Shown here: one piece after another, positions 55,096 through 63,948 of the stretch
Layout: the number at the start of each line of letters is the position of its first letter
Position numbering within the stretch: position 1 is the stretch's first letter
Source of the DNA: an uncultured Methanosarcinales archaeon
Lineage (GTDB): Archaea > Halobacteriota > Methanosarcinia > Methanotrichales > Methanotrichaceae
DNA: 64,000 nt
NCBI GenBank assembly: GCA_963843555.1
Contig: CAWJKV010000005.1
Coordinates: 289,849-353,848 of the forward strand
Direction of reading: 5' to 3'
Notes under the pieces: generated by a model
Database searches by the model: none
What the model saw: the letters and a program-made list of their open reading frames with translations, nothing else
Told to the model about the DNA's origin: nothing
Program-made: the position numbers and the translations under genes

Positions 55096-55555
55096 GCCCT
55101 AAAATTGAATCACCTGGATTTTTAGCTTTTGCTAATGCCCGAGATGGGAGGAGTTTCCGCGCGAGGGTGTTGCGCGCGGGTGGATCTGGGCACCCTCAAC
55201 GCCGGGCTGTCTTGGATACTTGGCGGCAGAGCGGTTGATGGATTGGGCGACGCTTCTTCTTCCAGTTTTTTGGGTCTTATGCTTCCAGGGCTTTTCCCTT
55301 TACCATCTCCTTCTGATTGGCGAGCAAATGCAGGCACAGGCCGGAAAATGACCTCTATTTTTATAATTTAACAAGTATTTCTCTGACGGACCTTGCCATT
55401 AGCTGCTCGCTCATCGGAGGGGGAATTTTCGCTGCCATAATTGGGGAATTCTATTTGCCATGGATAGAAAGCTCCTAATCGCTCAAAATATCTTTGGGCC
55501 TAGCGTCAGATTAAAGATCTTAAAGCACTATTTTGAATTCGGAGGTAAAATAAGA

Positions 55556-56110
55556 ATGTCACAAGATGCAACACCCGACACCTGCATGTTAAAAGTAAAG
55601 GAAATTTTAACTTCGGATGAGTCTATAATCTTTTCCGTTTCCCAAACATCTATTGCCGGACTTAAACCGGATACTGTTGTTTTGACTAATAAGCGATTCA
55701 TTCTTTATCATCCTGGATTATTAGGCTGCAAATTTGATGACTTTCTTTGGCGTGACCTCATAAACGTAAAATTGAAGGAAGGTCTTATGGGTGCTAAACT
55801 AATTTTTGAGGCTAATAGTCACAAAGTCGATATAGATAAGCTTCCAAAAACTGAGGCACGTAAGGCTTACTCATTAGCGCAAGAAAAGGAAAATGAAGCT
55901 CACGAGAATAGACGACAAAGGCAGATGCAAGAGGATTCAGCCAAAGCTGGACACATTGTTGTCGGAAATGTTGGAACTGGATCACAACCAACCGCTGTAG
56001 CAGATGATCCAATGGCAAAGCTAACCAAATTAAAAACCTTGTTTGATGCCGGACTTATCAGTCAGGAAGAGTACGATAAGAAGAAGGCAGAAATTCTAGC
56101 ATCTATGTAA
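55556..56110 (+). CDS. Bacterial-type PH domain plus SHOCT protein
   Basis: VVLTNKRFI; C-terminal 'L.KLK.L.DAGLISQEEYDKKKAEIL'. Confidence 0.85.
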   Translation: MSQDATPDTCMLKVKEILTSDESIIFSVSQTSIAGLKPDTVVLTNKRFILYHPGLLGCKFDDFLWRDLINVKLKEGLMGAKLIFEANSHKVDIDKLPKTEARKAYSLAQEKENEAHENRRQRQMQEDSAKAGHIVVGNVGTGSQPTAVADDPMAKLTKLKTLFDAGLISQEEYDKKKAEILASM

Positions 56111-56381
56111 TTATATGCAATATATATCATTTTTTCTCCTTCAGCCAAAAAAAATTCAACTTTCTTGTCTCTCTTACACTTATCTAACTGTCTACAAAGT
56201 TGATCATATTCTAATTTTTATCTTTGGCTTTGAAGGATGACTTAGTACAGCTTTATCAACGAAATCTTAGAAGGTTACGCGACAGACTCACAGGAAAGGA
56301 CCCGCAAAGATTTATATTATAGGATCGCGACGATCGTCCAATAAAAGCAGTCCAATAAGAAATAGATATCAAGAAAGGATA

Positions 56382-56425
56382 TGCGGGGACGGGAGTCGAA
56401 CCCACGAACACCTTCGTGACAGGGG
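56382..56425 (-). other. 3' fragment of tRNA-Leu (att-site remnant)
   Basis: Minus strand CCCTG-T-CACGAAGGTG (variable arm)-TTC-GTGGGTTCGACTCCC-GTCCCCGCA; no 5' half. Confidence 0.75.
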
Positions 56426-56540
56426 CCAGATACCTACACCCAGCCATCCGTCCTGATATATCCTATTTTGATCCCTCGGTCTTCTTTAAGGTTTTGCGGT
56501 GATATGCTTCAACATTTGTCCCAGAGCCCCAAAAGTTTAT

Positions 56541-56600
56541 CCTCATGTTCGCTTGAGCGCGCAGGCGGGCGCTCGCGCCCGGGCACTCCGGAGGGCCGGG
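56541..56600 (+). repeat. Palindromic repeat family C, copy 1 (shortened)
   Basis: CGCTTGAGCGCGCAGGCGGGCGCTCGC..CCGGGCACTC. Confidence 0.75.
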
Positions 56601-56951
56601 AGAGCGAACGGTGTGGGGCCAGGGGCGTGGGGCCTGCTCACAGTTGCCCGATGCCATAAGGATGTGAATTGGAGGAGGGAATGTTGGAGGCTTGTGGATG
56701 CGGTACTATAAAGCAGAATAAATTAGCAGAAATGAGAAGCGAGCGAAAACAACCAAGCTTACTATTATCTGCCTTATATCAATATCAATGGATCCTATCG
56801 ATCATTTTCACTATTCTCTTAATGTATCATATGTTTCTTCTTCTACGAGATTAATGGTAACAAAGCAAAATATCTAATTTAATATATTAGAAAATTATTT
56901 ATACTATAAGCACATTTTATATCGAGAAGACATTTCAAAGCGTGATCACAG

Positions 56952-57455
56952 ATGACTGGGCAAATCCTGATTACTTTAATGATATTATCTGGTATTCTTT
57001 TAGTTCCATGCTCATCTTTATCATCAGATAATTATCGTACTATGGCACCAAAATCTGTAATGAATAATTTAACAGGTAATAGTGTTGAATTGCAGGGATA
57101 TTCGTCTAACAATCAAGTCTGCCACGCTTATCTTGAGAGTGACTGTTCAAATTTAGAAAGAAAATTTCATGAGGGTCTTTCTTTCACAGGCGAATGTGAT
57201 TGGCTTCCAAAGGGTTCCATATGTCTAACATATTCAGACAACTACAAATGGATTGTTCACGATTACAGGATTGATTGCGTTCCTCTTATCGTTGGAAATA
57301 GCAACTGTAAACCTATCGAATTAATTCGTTGTTATTACGCGGATTATTACCACATACTTGGGACATCATTGGTAATGTCAATTCCAAAACCAGAGAACAT
57401 TTCCATAAGATCGGTTCCATTGACATGCATGCCAGCACAAGGTTATCCTTCATGA
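56952..57455 (+). CDS. Secreted Cys-rich hypothetical protein
   Basis: Hydrophobic N-terminus, 9 Cys, AT-rich DNA, TATA upstream. Confidence 0.65.
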   Translation: MTGQILITLMILSGILLVPCSSLSSDNYRTMAPKSVMNNLTGNSVELQGYSSNNQVCHAYLESDCSNLERKFHEGLSFTGECDWLPKGSICLTYSDNYKWIVHDYRIDCVPLIVGNSNCKPIELIRCYYADYYHILGTSLVMSIPKPENISIRSVPLTCMPAQGYPS

Positions 57456-57661
57456 TCTTCTTGTGAGCATGCATTTTCTCATTGAATTTCAAATAAAACT
57501 GCGTGCGGCCATCCCACCCTAAGGAGGGGTATGTTTCGGGCGGCACGCCCTCACGTTTGAGCCTATATTTCTAGGATCATGGGCGTTTTTCAGCCCAGCA
57601 TCCCGATTATGGATCTCTGATATAGGGCTGTTGGGAGATTTCGCATGAAAACCACTACCAT

Positions 57662-57731
57662 CTTACCCGCATGGCCGTTGCGCGCGGCCGGGCGCTCGCA
57701 TGCATGCGGGCCGGGCACTCGGGGGGGCCGG
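57662..57731 (+). repeat. Palindromic repeat family C, copy 2
   Basis: CCCGCATGGCCGTTGCGCGCGGCCGGGCGCTCGCATGCATGCGGGCCGGGCACTCGGGGGGG. Confidence 0.88.
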
Positions 57732-57824
57732 AGTGCTGAAGAGGCACATTCCTGGTCCCTAAAAACGCTTCTGGTCTTCCAGGGTTCGCAATAGCGCGTG
57801 TGCTCCAATCGAGCTAAGAAGGCG

Positions 57825-58202
57825 TCACCTCTTTTCAAGAAGGTATTTTACAAAGTTGAGGTATTCTTCCGGCGTTATTCCGGCATTCTCTATGGCTTCA
57901 ATTGAGCGTGGATCTCTCAGCAGAGCGTCCAGGATTCGAGGAGTTGAAATATAGGCTTTATCATGATCATCAAAATTTGTCAATAAAACTATATCTTTTA
58001 TAATTGTATAGATAAGAACAAATGGATCGAGATGCACACTGCGTAGCCCTTTGAGTGCATAGCGCTTTGGCTCTCCGATTTCCGGATTGATGCTGATCTC
58101 TTGAAGCTTCCTGATAACTCGTTCTCTTAAGAGAGAATCCTTTTTAGTGAGCTTTTTAAATTTCTTATCAAAATAGTATGTTGATATGGTCTGGAATGCC
58201 AT
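57825..58202 (-). CDS. RelE/StbE-like toxin with C-terminal extension
   Basis: F.KKFKKL, NPEIGEPK..LKGLR..H.DPFV.IY and HDKAY; paralog of 63484-63855. Confidence 0.85.
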   Translation of the reverse strand: MAFQTISTYYFDKKFKKLTKKDSLLRERVIRKLQEISINPEIGEPKRYALKGLRSVHLDPFVLIYTIIKDIVLLTNFDDHDKAYISTPRILDALLRDPRSIEAIENAGITPEEYLNFVKYLLEKR

Positions 58203-58208
58203 ACTGCT

Positions 58209-58373
58209 CTAAAGCTTGCGGAAATGTTCGGCCAGCTCATCCGCATTCTTGAGACGGGTGAACCTACCATCTTTAAAGTCCTTCAGCCCCTCGATAATGC
58301 CCGTGGCAATATCCTCATTTTCAGGTTCGGCAGGGGCAGATCTTTCCTCAAGGACTCTCTTTGCGGCAGCCAT
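58209..58373 (-). CDS. Minimal antitoxin (54 aa, not in ORF track)
   Basis: MAAAKRVLEERSAPAEPENEDIATGIIEGLKDFKDGRFTRLKNADELAEHFRKL, directly upstream of the toxin. Confidence 0.75.
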   Translation of the reverse strand: MAAAKRVLEERSAPAEPENEDIATGIIEGLKDFKDGRFTRLKNADELAEHFRKL

Positions 58374-58399
58374 CGAAGAGGTACTATCTCCTGTTTAGG

Positions 58400-58626
58400 C
58401 TATAAGGGTTGCGAAGAACTGGAAAAAATATTCATTCAGATCCGTCTTTCAAAGCCTTCACCCGACGCAGGCCACGGTATATATCCGGTCATTCTCGGTT
58501 TCATCCATCGGGTATTCCGCATATCGCTTGAAGATCGGAAGAATTCGGGTTGAGTATTTCGTTGACGGGCAAATGATAGTGATTTTCAATATCTTCATGA
58601 AGAAAAGGAAATCTGATTACAGATAA
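58400..58626 (+). pseudogene. 5'-truncated RelE toxin
   Basis: YRLKIGRIRVEYFVDGQMIVIFNIFMKKRKSDYR matches the C-terminal half of 15890-16171. Confidence 0.72.
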
Positions 58627-58644
58627 ACGGATGTACAAGAGAGG

Positions 58645-58851
58645 ATGAACAATATTATGATGGCCAGCAGCAAGACCAGATTACCCAAAGACGAATCTCT
58701 TTCAGATAGGGATTTTGAAGGCGTGATATCCGAAGGCGAAGAAACCGAGTGCGCGGATAAGATTTGGGAGTATTACGAGAGGCATATCGACGAGCTTGAG
58801 GACCTGGATGAATATGCCAAAAAACGCGGTCTTGTGAAACACACGATCTAG
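58645..58851 (+). CDS. Acidic putative antitoxin (toxin-first module)
   Basis: EETECADKIWEYY...DLDEYAKKRGL resembles 16208-16339. Confidence 0.62.
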   Translation: MNNIMMASSKTRLPKDESLSDRDFEGVISEGEETECADKIWEYYERHIDELEDLDEYAKKRGLVKHTI

Positions 58852-58963
58852 AAATCTGTTATTTTAGTGATCCAAGAAAATTTAGAATTCCTTACGTGAA
58901 GACGAGTGCTAATAGGGGCACAATCAGTCGGTTTGCTCAGACAACCCGAATGACAAGGATCTG

Positions 58964-59115
58964 ATGTCACCTTTCGTCAAGCCAGCAAAGGCTGACTCCG
59001 AGGCAGGTAAGGAGTTTATCGAGGGCATCAGAGAGGGGCTGGAGGATTTTGCGGAGGGCCGCTGCAAGGTCTTCAAGGATGCCCGATGAGCTATTGGCCT
59101 GTTTGTTGACCATTG
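58964..59115 (+). pseudogene. Orphan near-duplicate of antitoxin 63310-63462, frameshift near 59083
   Basis: GKEFIEGIREGLEDFAEGRCKVFKDA identical; about 55 nt of upstream DNA also homologous; no toxin follows. Confidence 0.8.
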
Positions 59116-59277
59116 ATATTCCTATTCTGATCCCCCAGATCTTCTTTAAGGTCGATCGGTAATAGCTCTCCGAGGTTGGCTTTGGGCTGGCCTTCCCAGG
59201 GTCGCAAGGGCATGAAGGAAATTAGCTCGCAGATTCTCATCGACAGATCCATATACAAAAAATGTAAACATACCATT

Positions 59278-59505
59278 ATGTCAACTAATGTTTACAGCAT
59301 TCGTATAGACGATCGCGTTCGCCGCATGATGGATGAGATGAGCGACGTCAACTGGCAGGTCGAGATCAGACAGTCGGTGGAGAGGATGGTCCGGGAGAAG
59401 AAGAAGCAGAAGCTTTTGGCAGAGGCAAAAGAGCTATGGGAGGGCCAGATTCCTAATAAAGTAGGGGCCGCAGAGATGATAAGGGTGGATCGAGATGCCA
59501 GATAA
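59278..59505 (+). CDS. vapB: VapB-type antitoxin
   Basis: YSIRI...DVNWQ.EIR...IRVDRDAR overlapping vapC. Confidence 0.85.
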   Translation: MSTNVYSIRIDDRVRRMMDEMSDVNWQVEIRQSVERMVREKKKQKLLAEAKELWEGQIPNKVGAAEMIRVDRDAR

Positions 59506-59904
59506 AGTGGTCCTTGATTTAAGTGTAATCGCTGCTATGTTCTTTAAAGAAGATGCGTCTTTGCGGGCAATAGAAGCCGCTGCAAAATCCGACTTGATCA
59601 CCCTGGATCTTGCTATTGCTGAGGTTGGGAATGTGGCCTGGAAGCAAGTCGCCTTCTGTGGGGGGATAAAGACCTGACATTAGCTGCCTTCAAGAGATGC
59701 CTGAGTTTCATCTCAGAGGCATGTGAACTCATCCGGGCAGAGGATCTGACCATGGAGGCATACATCATCTCTTTAGAGGCCAAGACAACTTTCTACGACT
59801 CACTCTTTCTGGCTGCGGCTGAGGAAAGCCAAGTGCGACTCCTGACGCTGGATAGAAAACTGTACGAGAAGGCCAAATTAACAAGGAATATGCAGCTAAT
59901 TTAG
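59495..59904 (+). CDS. vapC: VapC/PIN toxin, frameshift near 59665
   Basis: VVLD, EVGNVAWK, TFYDSLFLAAA and LLTLDRKL. Confidence 0.85.
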
Positions 59905-60397
59905 GAGGCAGAACTGCAGAGTTGCTTCTCTGTAGGCTTACTCAAATACTCATCCAACCCTACGTTAATGAATCTATCCATATCACCCGAGGGCATAGGT
60001 TATGATAGCAATAATCTTTGGCCTATTTTGCTAATACTCAAATATTTTTTTAAAATTATAAGTCGCAACAAGCTGAGGGGTGCAATGCTAAACCAGCAAC
60101 TTTGTGAGGCAATCCCTTCTGTGAATGAACTCGTATGCACACCTTCAGGAAATTCGAGGGCGGACGAAGAAAATAGGGGTGCAGGCTTAATATCAATGAT
60201 ATCAACCTCTTTTTTCTGTGGACATAGTGATCATGTTTTACCAGTTGGCCCATGAACAGAAGGGCCAAAAGACATATGTTCATTAGGAACTTATTTAATC
60301 TTATTAGATTGATGGAAGCATGGATAAAGGTCCAGGTGAATATATGTCTACATAAGATTCGGCTAACTACCTGGATGATTTATGAAGGAGGAATTTT

Positions 60398-62128
60398 ATG
60401 AAACCATTTTATGAATACAAGAAAATATGTTTATTCTTATTAGTGAGCATGCTGATATTCTCAATATTGGGGAGCTCAAGAGAGGTCGACCAAAATAGGA
60501 GCCAGTTCGAAGGATACCCGATTACGTCTGATGTTTTTACGACGCTCCATGGGACGGTAGTGCCCGACTCAATACCTTCCGGTTCGGAGACGGTTTTTCC
60601 TTATGAGATTTCAAAATTCAAGAAAAACGGTTACGGCAATTGGAGTTATGGACCCGGTATCGATTCAGTTAAGCGCCTTGACATCATGCCGACTAATTAT
60701 AGCGGTGAATCTGTCACCAATACCGAAAGACTCTTGAATTTCTTTACCATAACCGATATCCATATCACCGACAAAGAAACCCCTGCTCAGGCGATCCATT
60801 TTGGCTACAAAGGCGGTGTTTCTTCAGGATATTCGCCGATTATGCTATATACGACTCATGTTCTCGACGCAGCCGTTCAGACGATAAACGCCCTCCATAA
60901 AAAAGAACCGTTTGATTTCGGAATCTCTCTGGGCGATACTTGCAACAACGAACAGTACAACGAACTGAGATGGTATGTCGATATCCTTGACGGCAAGAAT
61001 ATAACTCCGGATTCCGGTGTTAAGGATGATCCAGTCCCCGGACCACATAATGATTATCAGGACGAATACCAGGCGGCAGGGCTCAATAAAACGATCAAAT
61101 GGTATCAGGCTCTCGGCAACCACGATCACTTCTGGATAGGCTTCCTGTCGCCGAATGATTATATCCGACAGACATTAATCGGTGATGAAATACTCAACTT
61201 AGGCAATCCATTCATCGACCCTCTCGGGGTAGATAGCCGTGGCTTTTACTTGGGCGCAATCGACGGCCGGACGCTTTATGGAGACCTTATTGGTGTGGGA
61301 CCTGTCAAAGACTTCGCAATACCTCCAAAGGTACCTGCAGCCGATGCGAACCGCCGTTCACTTTCGAGAGGGGAGTGGATGAGCGAATTCTTCAATACAT
61401 CAACAGGTCCGAAGGGACACGGATTCAATCAATCTAACGTAAAAACGGGATTCGCCTGCTATACCTTCGAGCCGAACTCGACGAGTATACCATTCAAGGT
61501 TATCGTGCTCGACGATACCCAAAGTAATGACGATCCCAATGATCCCGCTATCCTCGGCTATGGAAATGGCTCTTTCGGCTACGGGCATGGCTCTCTTGAC
61601 ACTGAACGTTATAACTGGCTCGTAAGTGAACTTGATAAGGGTCAGGCTGAAGGCAAGCTGATGATAATCGCTGCGCACATACCGATCGGCGTCGAACAAG
61701 TGCCTTCCATGATGGATTGGAACCCGGCAGCCGAAGCTGAGCTGATTGCCAAACTGCATACATATCCGAATCTCATAATGTGGATCGCGGGACATCGTCA
61801 TCTCAATACAGTTACCGCACTAAAATCACCTGATTCCGCACATCCTGAACTCGGCTTCTGGGAGGTTGAAACCTCATCATTAAGGGATTTCCCTCAGCAG
61901 TTCCGCACTTTCGAGATTGTCAGCAACAGTGACAATACAGTTTCAATCTTTGCGACTGACGTTGATCCGGCAGTCAAAGACGGGTCGCCCGCTGCGATAT
62001 CGCGTTCTTATGCTGTCGCGGCTCAGCAGATATTCAAAAATGAGATAGGACTACTGCCTACCGGTTCATACAATGCAGAGCTTGTCAAGCAATTGACTCC
62101 GGAGATGCAGGCAGAACTGTCGAGGTAA
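60398..62128 (+). CDS. Secreted calcineurin-like metallophosphoesterase (TIGR03768-like)
   Basis: Signal peptide; TDIHITDKE, LGD.CN, GNHDH, AAH.P and AGHRH. Confidence 0.85.
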   Translation: MKPFYEYKKICLFLLVSMLIFSILGSSREVDQNRSQFEGYPITSDVFTTLHGTVVPDSIPSGSETVFPYEISKFKKNGYGNWSYGPGIDSVKRLDIMPTNYSGESVTNTERLLNFFTITDIHITDKETPAQAIHFGYKGGVSSGYSPIMLYTTHVLDAAVQTINALHKKEPFDFGISLGDTCNNEQYNELRWYVDILDGKNITPDSGVKDDPVPGPHNDYQDEYQAAGLNKTIKWYQALGNHDHFWIGFLSPNDYIRQTLIGDEILNLGNPFIDPLGVDSRGFYLGAIDGRTLYGDLIGVGPVKDFAIPPKVPAADANRRSLSRGEWMSEFFNTSTGPKGHGFNQSNVKTGFACYTFEPNSTSIPFKVIVLDDTQSNDDPNDPAILGYGNGSFGYGHGSLDTERYNWLVSELDKGQAEGKLMIIAAHIPIGVEQVPSMMDWNPAAEAELIAKLHTYPNLIMWIAGHRHLNTVTALKSPDSAHPELGFWEVETSSLRDFPQQFRTFEIVSNSDNTVSIFATDVDPAVKDGSPAAISRSYAVAAQQIFKNEIGLLPTGSYNAELVKQLTPEMQAELSR

Positions 62129-62264
62129 GAGTGAGAAATAGCCATCAATAGCCATGATTAACAAACACGATCATGGCTATTCTTATGGCGCGCCCGACAA
62201 GGTGCAGTTGTTAATGGTGAGAGCCCTCTACAGGCTAAGGGAGGTAGGATGGCGTAATTTCATG

Positions 62265-62477
62265 TTAATGCGATGTGTGTTCTTTCTTCGCTCGATCGAA
62301 GATCTCTTCGATGCTCTGCCCTTCGTAAAGCCTTCTGGAGATCTCGACATAGTCGGTGGGCTCACGGTGAAACATAGCCAGAAACTTATGTGCTCTGGCC
62401 GGCCCGAGGGCTTTGTAGAGGGCGTCAAGGCCCCTTGCCCTTATCTCGGCATCATCCATTTCGCCTACTTCGGACAT
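62265..62477 (-). CDS. Small orphan antitoxin-like protein
   Basis: 'EIR..G..AL..ALG...A..FL......DY...R.L....SIEEI' pattern of small proteins usually found next to PIN genes. Confidence 0.6.
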   Translation of the reverse strand: MSEVGEMDDAEIRARGLDALYKALGPARAHKFLAMFHREPTDYVEISRRLYEGQSIEEIFDRAKKEHTSH

Positions 62478-62700
62478 TATTTTGCCTCACGTCTGATATA
62501 GTGTAGTCCGCCTTAATATAAAAAAGGCGCACGCAAGGTGCAGCGCATCTTTTTGGGGCCAGAGCGTCTAATTGCTGAAGCACCCATGGGACTTAAGACA
62601 GGGCTCATTCGTGGCGGATGAAAATCGAGATGTTTTGACATCATCGACTCGACCATATATGGTAAAAGTCGTGGCTGCATCCAGACATTGGAACTCCCGA

Positions 62701-63000
62701 TTAGTCTGCAGCTTAACCGCCGTCGCTCGGCCGGCCGCGGCCCGGGAATGGCGCCCCCAACCATAGCGCGGGAGGCCCGCAGGGCCGACTCGCGGCACCC
62801 CAGAAGAAAAAGAGTAAAAGCAGTCTTCGTCTGCATCAACAAGTTCCATCTGCAGTTGAACGACATTAGCGTATCTCTAATCTAGAGCAAAATCATTACA
62901 ACTACATCTCCGAGGTTCCGCGCGGTGTTACGCGCTGGGGTGACGGGGGCCACTCCAGGCCGTGGCGGCCCCCCTAACCCCGCGTCCGCGGGGAACAAAT
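62701..63000 (+). repeat. GC-rich structured non-coding repeat, family AB copy 2
   Basis: Homologous to the reverse complement of 13086-13325. Confidence 0.85.
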
Positions 63001-63130
63001 TATGAGGCCATGCCCTCTATCCCAAACGCATTCGAGAAGGCCCCAGATGGGGTGCATATCCAGATAGGTGCCGGATTTCGATGATTTAATGCCTCGATAT
63101 CTTGATCACAAAAGGCCTCAGGTCTCCCAT

Positions 63131-63205
63131 CAGCTTGCCCTATGGCCGCTTGCGCGCGCGGGCGGGCGCTCGCATGCACGCGGGCCAGGCACTCAGGGGG
63201 GGCGG
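63131..63205 (+). repeat. Palindromic repeat family C, copy 3
   Basis: TTGCCCTATGGCCGCTTGCGCGCGCGGGCGGGCGCTCGCATGCACGCGGGCCAGGCACTCAGGGGGG. Confidence 0.9.
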
Positions 63206-63309
63206 GTGGCAAGGGGGAGTGCAAAGGTTTTTATCAAACACAGCCATAACATATCTAATGGAGTCGTGATCAGTTGGTTTGCTCAGATAACCTGGAGGTC
63301 AAAAATTTG

Positions 63310-63462
63310 ATGTCACCTGTCGTTAATCCTGTAAAGGTTAACTCCGAGACTGGTAAGGAGTTCATCGAGGGCATCAGAGAGGGCCTGGAGGATTTTGCTG
63401 AGGGCCGCTGTAAGGTCTTCAAGGATGCCGATGAGCTATTGGCCTACCTGCTAAAACCCTGA
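63310..63462 (+). CDS. Minimal antitoxin (50 aa)
   Basis: GGAGG RBS; IEGIREGLEDFAEGR..FKDADEL; upstream of a RelE toxin. Confidence 0.8.
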   Translation: MSPVVNPVKVNSETGKEFIEGIREGLEDFAEGRCKVFKDADELLAYLLKP

Positions 63463-63483
63463 TTTATCCAATTTTGATCCTTC

Positions 63484-63855
63484 ATGGCATTTAAGCCCCT
63501 CCTTCCAAGTCATTTTCATAAGCAATTCAAGAAGCTGACGAAAAAGGATGCTGCTTTGGAGCAAAGGTTTGGGAAGAAGATCAAAGCGATATGTGAAAAT
63601 CCCGAAATAGGAGAACCAAAAAGCCACAACTTAAAGGGCCTTAGAGGCGACCACGTAGACCCTTTTGTGATTATTTACGGCGTCTTCGGCGATTTCATCG
63701 TTTTTGTACATGTAGATCATCATGATAAAGCGTATGCTGCAGCTTATGAAATAGCAAAAGCTCTTACTGAAGATGAAGGGCTGCTGGCAACGCTCGCAAA
63801 GGTAGGCGTTACCTCTGAAGAGCTTGCGGCCTTTGTAAAATCGATAGGAAAGTAG
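63484..63855 (+). CDS. RelE/StbE-like toxin with C-terminal extension
   Basis: F.KQFKKL, NPEIGEPKSHNLKGLR and HHDKAY. Confidence 0.85.
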   Translation: MAFKPLLPSHFHKQFKKLTKKDAALEQRFGKKIKAICENPEIGEPKSHNLKGLRGDHVDPFVIIYGVFGDFIVFVHVDHHDKAYAAAYEIAKALTEDEGLLATLAKVGVTSEELAAFVKSIGK

Positions 63856-63948
63856 AGGCGATATCACCTAACTGTGTTCTCTATACTTTGTGTTTTCTGC
63901 AAAGTCTATCGGTGAAAACGCTCCGACATTGGATTTTCGGGCATCTTC

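Noticed and set aside
62711..62861. GCTTAAC...GTTGAAC (and GCTTAAC...GTTAAAT in the 13.2-13.3 kb copy) match integron attC end motifs
   Set aside because: The sequences just inside the two ends do not pair as L''/L' boxes, and no integron integrase is present.
62513..63310. ORFs 62513-62866, 62568-62849, 63000-63224 and 63068-63310
   Set aside because: They run through GC-rich repeat elements and have no protein-like motifs.
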